Source: Geotalea daltonii FRC-32
GTDB lineage: Bacteria > Desulfobacterota > Desulfuromonadia > Geobacterales > Geobacteraceae
DNA length: 32,000 nucleotides
Assembly (NCBI RefSeq): GCF_000022265.1
Contig: NC_011979.1
Span: 1,740,001 to 1,772,000 of the forward strand
Direction of reading: 5' to 3'
Shown here: positions 14,794 to 23,206 of the stretch, piece by piece
How the letters are laid out: every line of letters begins with the position of its first letter
Position numbering within the stretch: the first letter of the stretch is position 1
Made by a program: the position numbers and the translations under genes
The notes under the pieces: generated by a model
Told to the model about the DNA's origin: nothing
The model's input: only the letters and a program-made list of their open reading frames with translations
The model's database searches: none

Positions 14794-14876
14794 GATTAAA
14801 ATGGTTAAGGCAGATTAAGTTTTAGCCCGGAACGCAGTGGGAGCATGACTCAGATGATGAAGTGAAGGGACGTGGC

Positions 14877-16298
14877 ATGGCTGGAAGGCGCATAATGGTG
14901 GTTGACGATGAGGCTATCATCAGGGAAGGGATTAATCGCATTCTCAGTGGCAGCGAATTTTTCGTCGAAACGTATGCCAACGGTTATCTTGCCCTGGAAA
15001 AGTTGCAGGAATCTTCCTTCGATCTGCTCATAACCGACCTTAAAATGCCCGGAATGGGGGGGATGGAGGTGCTGAAAAGCATCAGGGTGCTGCAGCCGGA
15101 AATGCCGGTCATCATCATAACCGGCTATTCTTCTGTGGATACTGCCGTCGAGGCTATGAAAAACGGCGCTGTGGACTATGTGTCCAAGCCGTTTACTCCC
15201 GACGAGATCCTTGCCAAGGTGAATAGCGCCCTGGAAAAAAAAGCGGTCCTGGTGGATGATATTTACCTGCGCAAGGAACTCCGCGACAATCATGGCTTTG
15301 ATCGGTTTATCGGTGCCAGCGCGGAAATGCAGAAGGTCTACCGCCGCATTATGCAGGTAGCCCCCACTGACAGCAGTGTGCTCATAACAGGGGAGAGCGG
15401 AACGGGAAAAGAGCTGGTAGCCTCTGCTATCCATAAAAACAGCCAGAGAAGAGATCAGGTTTTTGTCGCGGTTGACTGTACTTCTTTGGCGGAAAACCTT
15501 CTGGAGTCCGAGTTGTTCGGCCATGTGAGGGGCTCTTTTACCGGTGCTGTCCAAACAAAGACAGGGCTTTTCAAGGTTGCCGATGGCGGCACGCTTTTCC
15601 TGGACGAGGTGGCAAACATCAGCCTCACTACCCAGGCAAAGCTGTTGCGCGTCCTCCAGGAGCGCGAGGTTACTCCCATCGGCGGCACGCAGCCGGTTCC
15701 CATCAATATTCGTCTCATCACCGCCACCAACAGGAATCTGAAAACGATGGTAGCAGACGGCAGCTTCAGGGAGGACCTGTTCTTCCGGCTTAATATTATC
15801 CCCGTCGATCTGCCCCCATTGCGGGAGCGGAAAGGGGATTTGCCACTTTTGATTGCCTATTTTCTGAAAAAATTCGCCGATGAAATGGGCAAGGAAGTCA
15901 GGGGGCTTGCTCCCGATGCCCTCGCTCTGCTGGAAGAATATCCCTTCTCCGGCAATGTGCGTGAGCTGGAAAATATAATCGAACGGGCCGTGGTGCTGGT
16001 TGAGGGTGGGTTGATCAAGAAGGAAGACCTTGAACTGACTCTGCCTGAGGATGAAGAAGGTGAGAATATCCATGCATGCAGTCTAATACCCCAGAGTGTC
16101 TATGAACTGAAGGAAAGGAAACGGCATCTGCGCGAGATTGCCGTTGAGCCAATTGAAAAGGCTTTTGCACTGAATGCTTTGAAAAGGAACAACTGGAATG
16201 TGACGAGGGCGGCTGAACAGACTGGCATGCTTCGTCCGAACTTTCAGGCGCTGCTGAAGAAGCTGGGAATTTCCATCAGAGGGCAGTGGGACAACTGA
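14877..16298 (+). CDS. NtrC-family sigma-54-dependent response regulator (REC, AAA+, Fis-type HTH)
   Basis: REC domain with VVDDE and LLITDLKMPGMGG. Walker A motif GESGTGKE. GSFTGA loop (a variant of GAFTGA). C-terminal HTH ..NWNVTRAAEQTGMLRPNF. The start is ATG 14877 (GAAGGGA upstream) or GTG 14862. Confidence 0.92.
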   Translation: MAGRRIMVVDDEAIIREGINRILSGSEFFVETYANGYLALEKLQESSFDLLITDLKMPGMGGMEVLKSIRVLQPEMPVIIITGYSSVDTAVEAMKNGAVDYVSKPFTPDEILAKVNSALEKKAVLVDDIYLRKELRDNHGFDRFIGASAEMQKVYRRIMQVAPTDSSVLITGESGTGKELVASAIHKNSQRRDQVFVAVDCTSLAENLLESELFGHVRGSFTGAVQTKTGLFKVADGGTLFLDEVANISLTTQAKLLRVLQEREVTPIGGTQPVPINIRLITATNRNLKTMVADGSFREDLFFRLNIIPVDLPPLRERKGDLPLLIAYFLKKFADEMGKEVRGLAPDALALLEEYPFSGNVRELENIIERAVVLVEGGLIKKEDLELTLPEDEEGENIHACSLIPQSVYELKERKRHLREIAVEPIEKAFALNALKRNNWNVTRAAEQTGMLRPNFQALLKKLGISIRGQWDN

Positions 16299-16313
16299 TC
16301 TCTATCCACTGCG

Positions 16314-17942
16314 TCAGGTCGGAGCAGGAAGCATGCTGTCTTTTCTACTATACATCTCCCCGCCGCAAGCAATTTCACCTCTATCTTCCCCGTTTATGGG
16401 CAGTTCGATGGTAAAGGTAGTTCCATTTCCCACCACACTCTGCACGCAAATATCGCCGCGATGATTGCGGATGATGCCGTAGGAAACCGACAACCCAAGG
16501 CCCGTTCCCTTGTTTTCTTTCGTGCTGAAAAAAGGATCGAAAATCTTCGTCAGATTTTCTTCCGGGATGCCGCAACCGGTATCGGATATGCCTATAAATT
16601 CACTCAGGCCATCTTCGGTAATACCGGTCCTTATATTGAGGCTCCCTCCATTAGCCATTGACTGTCCCGCATTGAGCAGCATGTTGATGAAAACCTGCTC
16701 GAACTGATTGGGGTCCAGCATGATGTCCGGCATATCGAAGGTATAGTCCTTGATTAGGGCTATATTCTGAAAAAGTATCTGGTGTTCCACCAGTGAGAGG
16801 GCCAGGTCCAATATGTCATTGATGGATGACAGCTTTTTCTGGGGCAGTGATTCCCGGGAGAAATCCAGAAGTCCCTTGACGATTTTGCTGCAGCGTTCCG
16901 TTTCCTGAACGATGGTCTTCAGGTCATCTTTGAGCTCCGGATCCAGTTTCGGATCGTCATTGACAAGGGAAGAAAAAACAAGAATACCGGTAAGGGGATT
17001 GTTTATTTCATGGGCGATCCCGGCCACCAACTCGCCAATGGAAGCGAGTTTTTCCGACCGGATCAACTGGGCCTGGATTGCTGTGATCTCTTTGGTACGT
17101 TCTTCAACCTTTGTCTCAAGATTCTTGGCCCAGTCTTCCAGCTCATCCCTGGCTTGCTTCAGTTTTAGGGTCATCCTGTTGAAGCTGTCAGCCAGATCAC
17201 CCAGCTCATCGCCGGAGGCAAGGGATACGGTCCCGTCCATTTCCCCCCTTGCCAGCTTTTCAGTGTGTTTCACCAGTTGCTGTACCGGCTGATTGACCAG
17301 CTGTTGGATGAAAATGGTCAGAAACAGGGAAATGAGCCCCATGAGAAGGAGCGTTATGGCGATGGTGGTACCGCGGTAAGTGGCAAGCTGCTCATTCATG
17401 TGGTCTAGTGGTATGGTCACGTCCAGCACACCGAGCACCTTTATATCGGCTGGATGAAAATGGCAGGCAGCAGTATGGCACTTTTCGTCATTATAGATGG
17501 CCTTGGCCAGGCCGAGAAGCTGCTTGCCGTCGTGTCTGGTAAACTGCCTGCTCCTGTTCATGGAAGATGCATGAATGGCGGGATTGCCGGTTTCATGGCA
17601 CATGTTGCATGCCTCGTCCTTTTTGTCCAGCAGGGTGCCGATTTCTTGAGACTGGGTAGAGCAAATGATGGTTCCCGTCTTATCCATCAGCCTGATGTTG
17701 CCGATACCCTTTTCCTTGCCGATTTCTTCAATGATCTCCTGGGTGCGACCCCGGTCATCGTAGAGCATCTGGTGCTGGGTGGCCCTGATTACCGTGTCTC
17801 CAAGCTTGTCTGCATAGGTTACCGCTTCTTCCAAAAGCAGTTTTTTCAGGCTCTCAAGGTTTATATAGGCAAAGAGCGCCATGAAAATCAGCAGGATAAG
17901 GTTTATCCAGATGACAAGTTTTGGCAGCAGGCGCAGACTCAA
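16314..17942 (-). CDS. Sensor histidine kinase with a heme-motif periplasmic domain, HAMP, HisKA and HATPase
   Basis: TTG start with GGAG 7 nt upstream. TM, then a periplasmic domain with CNMCH and CHTAACHFH, then TM, then HAMP. H-box is AHEINNPL. The ATPase region carries GTGLGLS. Confidence 0.9.
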   Translation of the reverse strand: MSLRLLPKLVIWINLILLIFMALFAYINLESLKKLLLEEAVTYADKLGDTVIRATQHQMLYDDRGRTQEIIEEIGKEKGIGNIRLMDKTGTIICSTQSQEIGTLLDKKDEACNMCHETGNPAIHASSMNRSRQFTRHDGKQLLGLAKAIYNDEKCHTAACHFHPADIKVLGVLDVTIPLDHMNEQLATYRGTTIAITLLLMGLISLFLTIFIQQLVNQPVQQLVKHTEKLARGEMDGTVSLASGDELGDLADSFNRMTLKLKQARDELEDWAKNLETKVEERTKEITAIQAQLIRSEKLASIGELVAGIAHEINNPLTGILVFSSLVNDDPKLDPELKDDLKTIVQETERCSKIVKGLLDFSRESLPQKKLSSINDILDLALSLVEHQILFQNIALIKDYTFDMPDIMLDPNQFEQVFINMLLNAGQSMANGGSLNIRTGITEDGLSEFIGISDTGCGIPEENLTKIFDPFFSTKENKGTGLGLSVSYGIIRNHRGDICVQSVVGNGTTFTIELPINGEDRGEIACGGEMYSRKDSMLPAPT

Positions 17943-17969
17943 AGCTTGGCTCCACGGAGCTGAAAGTTA

Positions 17970-18425
17970 TCAGCCTCGGATGATGTAGACGGAACACTTG
18001 GCAAATTTTGCCACCTTATGGGAAACGCTCCCCAGCAGTTTCCTCTTGATAAAACCCTTTCCCGAGCTGCCGATAACAATGACATCTATCTCTTCAGTTT
18101 CCGCGAATTTCAGCAACTCCTCGGCGGGATCGCCGTAAACAACCTTTATTTCCAGCGGAATGCCGGCTTCCCTGGCGTCTTTTTCAATCACATAGAGCAC
18201 ACGTTCCCTTAATTGCACCCACTCATCGGACTCGGTAATGGGAGCCGCCGGGACAAAGTCGGTAAATGTATTCCGGGGGGCATTGGGCAGAACCAACATG
18301 GCGTAGATTTTGCTTTTGAACTGGCTGGGGTTTCCGGCTGCCATGCGCACTGCTTCTTCGGCAGCCTTGTCGGAAAGTGGTGAGCCATCTATGGCCACAA
18401 GAATTTTTTTTCTGAGATTGAGCAT
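17970..18425 (-). CDS. Universal stress protein (UspA family)
   Basis: 151 aa. ILVAIDGS...DVIVIGSSGKGFIKRKLLGSVSHKV. It sits immediately upstream of the kinase on the same strand. Confidence 0.9.
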   Translation of the reverse strand: MLNLRKKILVAIDGSPLSDKAAEEAVRMAAGNPSQFKSKIYAMLVLPNAPRNTFTDFVPAAPITESDEWVQLRERVLYVIEKDAREAGIPLEIKVVYGDPAEELLKFAETEEIDVIVIGSSGKGFIKRKLLGSVSHKVAKFAKCSVYIIRG

Positions 18426-18557
18426 CTGGCTAACACCTCCGCAAATTATAACAGAAGAAAAGATAAAACGATTCCGGTTGCATGAGATTTAATTGATTTA
18501 GGCATTAATGCCAACAAGAAAACAACAAATCTTTGTGAAAATTATAATTTTTCTTCC

Positions 18558-18586
18558 TTGACAAGTATAAAACACTATTCTATATT
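18558..18586 (+). promoter_or_regulatory. Distal sigma-70 promoter upstream of the IclR gene
   Basis: TTGACA (18558-18563), 17 nt spacer, TATATT (18581-18586). It lies about 195 nt upstream of ATG 18782. Confidence 0.45.
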
Positions 18587-18718
18587 CTCAAAAATAATAA
18601 TCGTAGCGAATGTAAATTTTCAAAACAATTGAATATTTTCTCTGGAATGTAAGTATTCATGCTGATGTCGTAGTTGGGGCTTGCCGGACCTGAGCCGGCA
18701 CAGGCGTATAAATTACCA

Positions 18719-18747
18719 TTGACATCTTTAATAAAAAAGCATATGAA
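18719..18747 (+). promoter_or_regulatory. Proximal sigma-70 promoter upstream of the IclR gene
   Basis: TTGACA (18719-18724), 17 nt spacer, TATGAA (18742-18747). Confidence 0.45.
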
Positions 18748-18781
18748 ATCCTGTTGAATCTAACAGGAACAGGTGTTACCA

Positions 18782-19561
18782 ATGGCGAAAAAAGAGAAAT
18801 CGGAATACATCATACAGGCAGTTTCCCACGCACTCGATCTTCTTGAGCAGTTCCATGACGACGTGGATGAATTGGGCGTAACTGAGTTGAGCAAACGGCT
18901 TAAGTTGCATAAAAACAATGTCTTTCGGCTTCTTGCCACTCTTGAATCCAGGAATTACATTGAGCAGAACAAAGTTACCGAGAACTATCGACTTGGGTTG
19001 AAGACTCTGGAACTGGGGCAGACATTTATCAAGCAGATGGGGCTTCTACGTCAGTCGCGACCGGTTCTCGAGTCCTTGGTGCACGACTGCAATGAAACCA
19101 CCTACGTGGCAATCCTGAAGGAATTCCATATCATTTACCTGGATGTCGTGGAAACCGATCTTACGGTAAGGGTTGTGCCTCGTGTCGGTGCAAGATTGCC
19201 TGCCTACTGCACTGCCGCCGGCAAAGTACAGATTGCCTACATGACCGACGAGGAGCTTGCCAACTTCCTGCCCAAGGAAATGAAACGTTTCACTTCCAAT
19301 ACCATAATCGACAGGGAAGAATTGAAAAAGCATCTGGCGCTGGTGGCCACGCAAGGATATGCCATCGATAACGAAGAGCTGGATGTGGGGGTAAAGTGCG
19401 TTGGAGCGCCTATTCGTGACTATACTCGCCGCATTATAGGTGCAGTGAGCATTTCAGGGCCATCAATGCGCTTTACCGATGAGCGGCTGGAAAAAGAGCT
19501 TATTCCCATGGTCATACAAGCCTCCGAAGAGATATCTTCAAAGCTTGGCTACCATAAATAA
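18782..19561 (+). CDS. IclR-family transcriptional regulator
   Basis: N-terminal wHTH LGVTELSKRLKLHKNNVFRLLATL plus an IclR effector domain (..AISISGPSMR..). The start is ATG 18782, with GTG 18773 as an alternative. Confidence 0.9.
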   Translation: MAKKEKSEYIIQAVSHALDLLEQFHDDVDELGVTELSKRLKLHKNNVFRLLATLESRNYIEQNKVTENYRLGLKTLELGQTFIKQMGLLRQSRPVLESLVHDCNETTYVAILKEFHIIYLDVVETDLTVRVVPRVGARLPAYCTAAGKVQIAYMTDEELANFLPKEMKRFTSNTIIDREELKKHLALVATQGYAIDNEELDVGVKCVGAPIRDYTRRIIGAVSISGPSMRFTDERLEKELIPMVIQASEEISSKLGYHK

Positions 19562-19581
19562 AAAGAACCTTTTTACACAAT

Positions 19582-19637
19582 AAAAAAGGCCCACATCTGC
19601 AGGTAACCTATAATCGGCTCAGATGTGGGCTTTTTGA
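19582..19637. terminator. Bidirectional terminator between convergent IclR and coaE genes
   Basis: AAAAAAGGCCCACATCTG ... CAGATGTGGGCTTTTT. The 11-bp stem (19589-19599 / 19620-19630) has an A-tract before it, a T-tract after it, and a 20-nt loop. Confidence 0.7.
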
Positions 19638-19650
19638 TTTTAATTATTTG

Positions 19651-20256
19651 CTATTGCTGCTTTTGCAGAACTTCCCTTTCCCACAGCTCCCTCACCAGGG
19701 TTGCCAGTTCCTTCTTGCTTCCCCGGTTGTCGATCACCACTGATCCATGAAGCTTCTTAACTTCCATTGGCATCTGGGCGGCTATTTTCTGCTGAGCCTC
19801 CTCCATGGTCACTTGGTCCCGTGCCATCACCCGTTTTAGCTGCGTTTCCCTGTCAACGTAAACTACCCATATTTCGTCGACTCTTGAGGTGGCTCCCGCT
19901 TCTATGAGCAGGGGTGCCATATAAATGACAATCCGGGCGCCTGTTTGCTTCAATTGCAGCAATTCTTCTTCTGCCCGCCTGCGTATGGCGGGATGGGTAA
20001 TGGCTTCCAGTCTAAGCCTGGCGGCAGGATCAGCAAAGATAACTTTGCCCAGGGCAGTGCGGTTGATGGTAAGGTCGCTGTTGAGGATGCTTGTGCCGAA
20101 CTCGGATACAATGGCATTATAGGCGGATTCCCCAGGGATCATAACCTGGCGCGATAGCTGGTCCGCATCAATGACCGGGATTCCCATATCTTTGAGTAGT
20201 TCGGCCACTGTGCTCTTTCCCGAGGCTATTCCCCCCGTAAGCCCGATTATACGCAC
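19651..20256 (-). CDS. coaE: Dephospho-CoA kinase
   Basis: GTG start with a GGGAGAA Shine-Dalgarno. P-loop IGLTGGIASGKST. 201 aa. Confidence 0.9.
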   Translation of the reverse strand: MRIIGLTGGIASGKSTVAELLKDMGIPVIDADQLSRQVMIPGESAYNAIVSEFGTSILNSDLTINRTALGKVIFADPAARLRLEAITHPAIRRRAEEELLQLKQTGARIVIYMAPLLIEAGATSRVDEIWVVYVDRETQLKRVMARDQVTMEEAQQKIAAQMPMEVKKLHGSVVIDNRGSKKELATLVRELWEREVLQKQQ

Positions 20257-20307
20257 TGACTTCTCCCGATATACCCGATATATTGCAGTTTTCCCTGGGG
20301 GCTGAAT

Positions 20308-21744
20308 TCAGTAGACAATGCCGTCTTCACCTCTGCTGAAAGTTTTTGACTGCAGATCGTCCTCAATCGTCAGCATTTTGTCGCCGACCATGATCTGCAC
20401 GCCGAAGTAGACACTGCTATCTACCTCAACTTTGGCGTTATTGACCAGTTCAAGTCGTTTCTGCAGCCTTTTTTTCTGCCTGTTCAACTCGGCGATCTCG
20501 GACTGCAGCAGGCTGTGTACCTTCTCCTTGAGCGCTGCCATGCCCGGATCTACTTTATTCGCATTCTCACGAATATAGGTCAGTGTCTTATCAATCTCTT
20601 CCTGGCGCTTTTCCTTGTCCGCCAGTTGCTGTTTTACTGCTGAAAGCTTTTCGTTAATGGCTGGGTCCACACCCACTTCAATCCTGGTGGGAACGTTGGC
20701 GGGGGACCCGGCGATGATGGCATGGACAAGGGTGGCTGCCCGGCAGACGCCCCCTATGATATGTCCCTTCCGCATTCCTTTTTCACCAACAGTTATTGAA
20801 TTTCCGGCGGTGATGTCGCTTTTCATGGCAACCTCGCGAATCATAACGTCCTGGCCGGCATGAATTAAGGCATGTTCCGCAAATTGAGCTGAAATCGAGC
20901 CCTGAGCACGGACGTGAGCGATGTCCGTATTCAGTTCCCCCCTGTCATTTCTTACCTCTTTCTGGCCTATTATGCCCCCTTTTATCTCGATGTTTCCTCC
21001 AGCCTCGACCTTTGCCGACTCTACCACGCCACCGATGATGATATCCCCTGTGGCGGTCACTTCCATGCCGGCTTTTACGTCACCGGAAATATCGATGGCG
21101 CCGGTAAAATGCAGGTTGCCCGAGGACAGGTCTACTGTTTTGACCTTGAGCACAGGTTCGACGATGATACCACGATCTATCAGGACCGGCAGCCCTGAAA
21201 TGGCAGCCAGGAGGAGATCGCTGTCATCGGGGGCAGGCGCCGTGCCGCTGAGGTTTGGCGCAAAGGCTATGTCGATGCCGTCGCTAGCGGGCAGTAGTGC
21301 CCCCTGAAGATTCTCACCGGGAACTCCTTTGGTCGGTGAAGTCCGCCGCAGCAACGGATCCCCGGGTTTGACACTTATGATGCCTCCAATATTGCGGTAA
21401 TCCACATTGCCCTCTTCGTCCGCCAATGGACACCGCTCCCTCATCTCAGGAATGAGGCTGATAAACTGTGAATCCTCTCCCGGTTGTGGTGGACGGCCTG
21501 CCGCAACCATTCTCTTGATAACTTCACCCTCGTGAACGGCTTTTTCTATCTCGTCATGGAGGATGCCGGTGATCACTCCCGCTCCAGTGAGGGCCTGGAC
21601 AACCTCATCCGAAGTGACCGACGTGCCCCCTTCGCCCGGTACAATGGTGACATAAGCCGACATCATATCCGGGTCAACAATCACTGTCATTGCACCGCCC
21701 CGGGCTTTTTCTAGCGATCCTGCTGTTTCTTTTTCATCCGTCAT
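20308..21744 (-). CDS. FapA/DUF342-family protein
   Basis: A Gly-rich beta-helix-like repeat region (..GDIIIGGVVESAKVEAGGNIEIKGGIIG..) and a C-terminal coiled coil are typical of DUF342. The start is uncertain (ATG 21744 or the ORF-track start at 21801). Confidence 0.75.
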   Translation of the reverse strand: MTDEKETAGSLEKARGGAMTVIVDPDMMSAYVTIVPGEGGTSVTSDEVVQALTGAGVITGILHDEIEKAVHEGEVIKRMVAAGRPPQPGEDSQFISLIPEMRERCPLADEEGNVDYRNIGGIISVKPGDPLLRRTSPTKGVPGENLQGALLPASDGIDIAFAPNLSGTAPAPDDSDLLLAAISGLPVLIDRGIIVEPVLKVKTVDLSSGNLHFTGAIDISGDVKAGMEVTATGDIIIGGVVESAKVEAGGNIEIKGGIIGQKEVRNDRGELNTDIAHVRAQGSISAQFAEHALIHAGQDVMIREVAMKSDITAGNSITVGEKGMRKGHIIGGVCRAATLVHAIIAGSPANVPTRIEVGVDPAINEKLSAVKQQLADKEKRQEEIDKTLTYIRENANKVDPGMAALKEKVHSLLQSEIAELNRQKKRLQKRLELVNNAKVEVDSSVYFGVQIMVGDKMLTIEDDLQSKTFSRGEDGIVY

Positions 21745-21833
21745 CGCAGCTGCCCCTGTTCCAGTCGGTTTTTCTTTATTATATATGAGAAATATCGGCA
21801 CGGAGTGGCATTTTCTTAAATCTTTGCAGTCAA

Positions 21834-22958
21834 TCAGAGCACAGATTTTCCCTCGGTTAAGAGTACTTTACGTGTGCCATTTGGCAGAATTGCTGTCAGG
21901 GTTGGTTTATAAAAGACGTAATCCTCATGGAACGGGGTACTTACGGTGCCGCCGAAACCGGAATTGTCACCAAGGGCGATGTGGATGGTGCCCAGTATTT
22001 TCTCTGCTTCCAAAATGTTATCCGGTCGTTTGGCCCTGTCATTGGTGCCGATTCCCAGTTCGGCAATGTTGCGATTATTGACGCTTTCGGCGAATTTCTT
22101 CTCCAGTTGTTTCCGGTGCGCATCTTCGCCTTCAATATCCACCACCTTCCCCCCTTTTACTGTCAGGACAAGTGGAGTGTCAAGTTTACGCGTCGGAGCA
22201 TATTCAAGAACCATCTGCCCCTCCGACATGCCTTCCACCGGTGCCAGGTAAACCTCCCCGGCCGGCAGGTTGCCGAAACTTCCCGGAGTCGTCAAAAGTC
22301 CGTCGTCTCCCTCAGCCGTACGTCCTTCTTTTCCCATCAGCATTCTGGTGCCGTTCGGTGTCGTAACCTCAAGGGTTGAAGCGAGATTGACTGCTGCGGC
22401 AAGTCGCCTGGTCCTCTCGGCGAGTGCAGGCCAATCAACCTGCATTGATGTAAGGAACATCTCTGGGTCGAAATGGGGGAGGCTGGCAAATCTGGCGCCA
22501 GCAGCAGTGGCTAACGAACGGAAACGGGTGTGACTGGTTGAATTGTTGGCCAGGGCGATGATTATTTCTGTGACGGCATCTTTTCCGGCGATAACGGTCT
22601 GTTTTGCCAGGTCCAGATCTTCAACTGAGGCTGTCTTGGATAAAAGTCTCTGCAGTATGCCTGCTACGGCTAACCTGTTGACGGTGTTGTCCCCCAGTGC
22701 CGCTCGCCAGACTTCTTGTGGTGGCTCGGCCCCAGAGGCCGCAGTTGCCGGAAAGGAGATGAAGGTTGTGTTGCCGTAGGTTTTCTTTGCGAAGGCAGCA
22801 GCTGCGGCAGCCGTTTCAAGAAGACGCTTGCGGCGGTCTGCATCGTCTGCGGAGGGCTGTTCTTCGGGCCTGATCATGTCGCTGAAGACAAGGATTCTTT
22901 CACCTGCTTTGATGCCCATATTTATGGTGAAAAGCGATGCGAAGGCTGCAGTATACAT
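21834..22958 (-). CDS. Aminopeptidase, M29 (aminopeptidase T/PepS-like) family
   Basis: 374 aa with a GGGAGAA Shine-Dalgarno. Motifs GNLPAGEVYLAP, ELGIGTN and IHIALGDN. Confidence 0.7.
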   Translation of the reverse strand: MYTAAFASLFTINMGIKAGERILVFSDMIRPEEQPSADDADRRKRLLETAAAAAAFAKKTYGNTTFISFPATAASGAEPPQEVWRAALGDNTVNRLAVAGILQRLLSKTASVEDLDLAKQTVIAGKDAVTEIIIALANNSTSHTRFRSLATAAGARFASLPHFDPEMFLTSMQVDWPALAERTRRLAAAVNLASTLEVTTPNGTRMLMGKEGRTAEGDDGLLTTPGSFGNLPAGEVYLAPVEGMSEGQMVLEYAPTRKLDTPLVLTVKGGKVVDIEGEDAHRKQLEKKFAESVNNRNIAELGIGTNDRAKRPDNILEAEKILGTIHIALGDNSGFGGTVSTPFHEDYVFYKPTLTAILPNGTRKVLLTEGKSVL

Positions 22959-23206
22959 GACCGGTTCTCCCTTACAGCTTTATTTGTGCAAAAAAGTGCT
23001 GCTGTTAACTATATAACAGAGCCTCTTTCGGCTGGCAACCATTTGCAGAACCCGCCTAAAGCAGTGATTTTTCCCTTGATTACCCAGCCTTGTTGTGCTA
23101 ATTATTTGCATACTGTATACAATGATTGGTTGTATATTTATTTAGTAAATACAGGTAGATAAACGCTTTACCAGGTATAATTTAACGGGTTTTTGTGGAG
23201 GCTGAT

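Noticed and set aside
14850-16073. 407-aa minus-strand ORF
   Set aside because: It is antisense to the sigma-54 activator, which has clear REC, AAA+ and HTH motifs.
23033-23047. Sigma-54-like motif TGGCAACCATTTGCA upstream of sfrB
   Set aside because: The spacing is GG-N9-GC, one nt short of the strict GG-N10-GC requirement. No activator gene is adjacent.
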